53,659 bases of DNA from Ministeria vibrans ATCC 50519 (Eukaryota; Protista; Filasterea), in NCBI GenBank assembly GCA_943704425.1, contig CALSCP010001092.1:1-53659 (forward strand), given 5' to 3'. Position numbers and translations under genes: made by a program. The notes below the pieces were generated by a model, which saw nothing but the letters and a program-made list of their open reading frames with translations, made no database searches and had not been told where the DNA came from. Positions 49,900 through 53,659 of this stretch are shown here, piece after piece. The first letter of the stretch is position 1. Each line of letters begins with the position of its first letter.

Positions 49900-52800
49900 A
49901 TGCGTTCAACGCCTCTCATTGTCACCCTTGTCGTGGCGCTGTCGCTGTGCTTGGACATTGCCAGCGGGGCGTGCAGTGCCGGGTTTACGGCCGTGACAGT
50001 GTTGGGCGAACTGCGCACGGCCGATCAGCCGGCGGTTGCGGCGTGCTCGTCGGCGGCGGCGGCGGTGGCTGTTGAGCAGGCCGTTGAGCGCTGCGTCGCC
50101 ACCAACGCCACGGCGACGGCCACGGCGATGTGTGGCGCTGCGGCGGCAGTGTGTGCAACCGCATCGACGACACGCTGCTTTGCCGCATCTGCAAGCGCCA
50201 CCGTCGACTGCGTGTGCTCGTCGGGCTTCACGGGCGCCACCTGCGACGCCGCGAACCTGTGCGAAGCCAGCCCGTGCGCCAACGGCGGCACCTGTGTCCT
50301 GGATGGGTCGTGCGAGTGTCCCGTCGGCTTCTCCGGCCCATCCTGCAGCACTGCCGCGCCTGTCCCGTCTGCGTCGACGTCCACCGAGCCACAGTCGTGT
50401 CTTAATGGGGGCACTGTGGGTCGTGGGGGAGGTAAGGAAGAGCGAGGAGCAGTTGACGAGTGATTCAGTTTGACGGAGACAATCAAGAGAAGAAAAAAAA
50501 ACCACATCCTACTTTGCACGATGTTTCCCAATGCCCGCCTTGGTATCTAATTGCTTGCGGTGGGGTTTATATCGATTGTGAACGCGTCCGATGCGTAGCG
50601 ACGTCGTTCCGTCTTCTTTTTGTGTCCTGAGAAGTTTGCGGTTTTGCCGTTTTTTTTTCTTTTTTTTTTTTTTTTTTTCGCTTTCGTGTGGTAATTCACG
50701 GGGCAATCAGCACGTTTGCTGCGCAGTCCACTGGGTCTCACATTGGTGCACATCATTCCTTTCAAGTTTGGCCCGTTCTCACTCGTTTTTTTCTCTCCTT
50801 TTTTGTCTTTGGGAATCGTTTTAGAAACATTTTCGTTGTCGATCTTTGCGCATGACGACGCTGTTGCGACTACGGGCTGTTCCGCGAGTGCCAGCAGCGC
50901 GTGCACCGAAGGTACAGCTGAAGTATTCATTGCGGGTGCTGTGGATGCCTGTGTGAAGGTGTACGGGCCGGCGCAGGCGGTGTGGGCGCGGGCGACACGC
51001 GATCCGTCGACGGCCGCTTCGGCGATCACTTCGTCGCTCGTCGTCAGCCTCTACAACGACTCGAGTTGCTGCCATATGCTTGAACGTAGTTTGGATGCGT
51101 CACTGTGCGTGTCGGTGCCGCCTACACAGACGCTGAGCGCCCTGTCAGTCTCAGTGTGCGAAACAAACCAGACTGGGTTTCACTTCACCCTTGGCGTCGC
51201 CAGCAATGGATTACCCTATGCGTGTGCCTGTCCACCCGGCTACAGCGGACACTACTGCGAGTTGGAACAGTGTACGCTGACTGGCGTGTGTGCGGGTCAG
51301 GGTGAGTGCTCAAGCGATGCAGTCGCTTCGCCAGACACACTGGCCTACACGGCCGCTAAGGGTCTCGAGCTCATGACCAATCCCAATGGTGGAGAGTGTC
51401 CTGCGGCCGAGGCAGTCGCCGGCACGCCATGGCTCTACTCGGCGCCTCTCGGTCGCTGTGTGACGACTCTTGCTAATGGCGACCTGGTTCTTGCAAGTCC
51501 CCTTTCGACGACCTTCTCGGCGGCGCTCACGCCCGTGCTTGCGTCCCTTGGCGCAAGTTTCACTGGCGCTGCCGTCTCGTCGATTCTCACTGCACCCCGT
51601 CCCACCACAACCACCGCAGTGGCGTGTTGCCCGCTGAACATGTATGGTCCAACGTGTGCCGACACAGACGCCTGCCTGAGCTCTCCCTGTCCCGTGACCA
51701 TCTCTGTGTGCTCGCGCAGCGCATCGACCTTTGAGTGTTTGTGTGCGCCTGGCTATATTGGCGCCCAGTGCGACGCGACACCATGTACGTCGTCGCCGTG
51801 CATGCACGGGGCCACATGCGACGCGACCACGACCACAGCGTACACGTGCCAGTGTGCGCCAGGCTTCACCGGGACCCTTTGCGAGACGGACATCGAAGAG
51901 TGTGCGACGAGCCCTTGTCGCTTTGGCGGGACGTGCAGCGAGCCTCCAACGGGCGGTTTTGTGTGCACGTGCACCGCTGGGTTCACGTCGGCCGATTGTT
52001 CACGGAGCATCAACGAGTGCGACTCGTCGCCGTGTACCAACGGCGGAAACTGTCTGGACCGATCGGGGTTCTTTGAATGTTCGTGTAAGTCGGGCTTCAC
52101 AGGCACCATTTGTGATATGGCAGTGAGCGAGTGCGACTCGAACCCGTGCGGCGTGGGCGGCACATGCGTTGACTTGGCCAGTAGCTTTTCGTGCTCGTGT
52201 GCACCTGGCTACACGGGGGTCCTGTGCAACATTAACCCTGACACGGAGTGTGCGTCGTCGCCATGCCAGAACGGTGCCACTTGTGTCAATCTGCCGCTTG
52301 CCTTTGCGTGCACGTGCCCTGCGTCGGCGACGGGCGAGTTGTGTGAGACTCTGCTGCCCTCGGCGGCATCGTCGTCATCAATTGTGCCCATTGTGATTGG
52401 TGTAGTGGCTGGTGTGCTCTTCCTCATTGTACTTGTACTGGCCATTGTGCTGGTGCGCGAGTACCGTCACAAACACAAGCGTGTCTTCCACACGGGCTCA
52501 TCTGCGTCCAACGCCACCGCAATGGGCTCTAGCTTCTTTTCGCGTGCCTCGCGTGCCGCCCTGACTGGCAATCGCGAAGACGATGCCGAACAGATTGGCC
52601 TGTCGAACCGTCCGTCTAAAGCTAACTCACTCACTCCCTTTGTGCTATCCGAGTATCAAACGACTGACGACGACGACGACGATATTGACATCGGCGGTGG
52701 CGTTGTACCTGCCTCATCGTCGACCACTGCTGGTGCCGCAGCGGCCGACGCAGCACCGGTGGCGGCACTATCATACATGCCATGGATGGCTGTGGGCGCA

Positions 52801-53522
52801 GGACCTGCGGGTGCGCCCACGGGTACGCCTTCCGTCACCGAGACGAACGTCGAGAAGCAACAGGCGCTCAAGAATCGCTTTGCAAAGATGCGACTGGATG
52901 ACGACGGTGACGATGACGACACGAGTGCAGCAGCAAAGGAAAAGGAGGAGGATGGGCCGCCGGTGATGGAGGACGCCGTGGAGACAGAGGAACAGTGGCT
53001 GGGCGACACCGAGGTCATGGCTGCGGTGGTGGCGTCGCTCAACGTGACATTCAGTGCACGGCCGACTGTGGTCAACCCCATGGGCACCGTTGCACTCCCT
53101 GCGCCCTTGGCGTATGCCGGAGAGGTGGATGGCAAGCGAATTGTGATGGGGGCGCTCAAGATGGAAGGGCGCTTCACGACAGTACACCAGGGCGGACTGC
53201 GGCTGGACGGGGTGCGCGCTGTGCTAGTGCGCGCCCTCAAGCCAGGCTGTGCAGGGAGTGCCTTTGAGACGGCCTTTACCGAGTTTCGCGATGAGCTGGA
53301 AATCCTGGAGCAGTGCCACCACGCCAACGTGTGCAATGTGCTTGGGCGGGTGTCACGCACGGTGCTCCCGTCCGGTTGGCGCGTCCTTCTCGAGCACCCG
53401 CTCTCGTCGCTCGTCGTCTTCCTCCGCGGTGCTCGCAAGTGGCCCGAGCGCGACCAGTGTGCCATGGCTCTTCAGGTTGCTTACGGACTGCACCATGTCC
53501 ATCAGCAAGGTTTTGTGCACCG
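49900..53522 (+). CDS. EGF-repeat single-pass receptor (tyrosine-kinase-like, probable pseudokinase), 3'-partial
   Basis: Signal peptide MRSTPLIVTLVVALSLC. Exon 1 approx. 49900-50431; exon 2 is open from 50825 to 53522 (absent from the ORF track because there is no in-frame stop before the window end). About 10 EGF-like units, including six Notch-type ones at 51661-52350; TM IVPIVIGVVAGVLFLIVLVLAIVLV (52381-52455); kinase N-lobe through ALQVAYGLHHVHQQGFVHR. Confidence 0.88.
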
Positions 53523-53548
53523 GTACTTCAAAAAAACAAAAAAAAAGG

Positions 53549-53659
<111 letters not shown>

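Overview
Gene-dense eukaryotic DNA with short GT-AG introns, many (TAA)n/(GA)n/(CA)n tracts and an 8-N gap at 13680-13687. An EGF-repeat receptor kinase, C9orf72 and IFT20 suggest a flagellate unicellular holozoan-like protist (inference). A recognisable housekeeping block (NCBP1 partial, IFT20, GMPS, eIF4A with an intronic C/D snoRNA candidate, C9orf72-like, an EXS-family fragment) and several orphan genes lie between two divergently oriented, almost intronless giant paralogous genes (A, ~3,976 aa; B, ~4,368 aa). Both giants contain one intact AAA+-type P-loop module near the C-terminus and what looks like a degenerate duplicate of that module near the N-terminus. They share one intron position but have different ends: A has a SAP-like N-terminus and a repeat tail, B has a C-terminal vWA/MIDAS domain. 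I cannot assign them to midasin, dynein or RNF213; they are the best candidate for an undescribed system. The window ends inside an EGF-repeat receptor kinase with pseudokinase-like motifs. All family calls are by-eye motif recognition and all exon models are hand-built; no searches were run.
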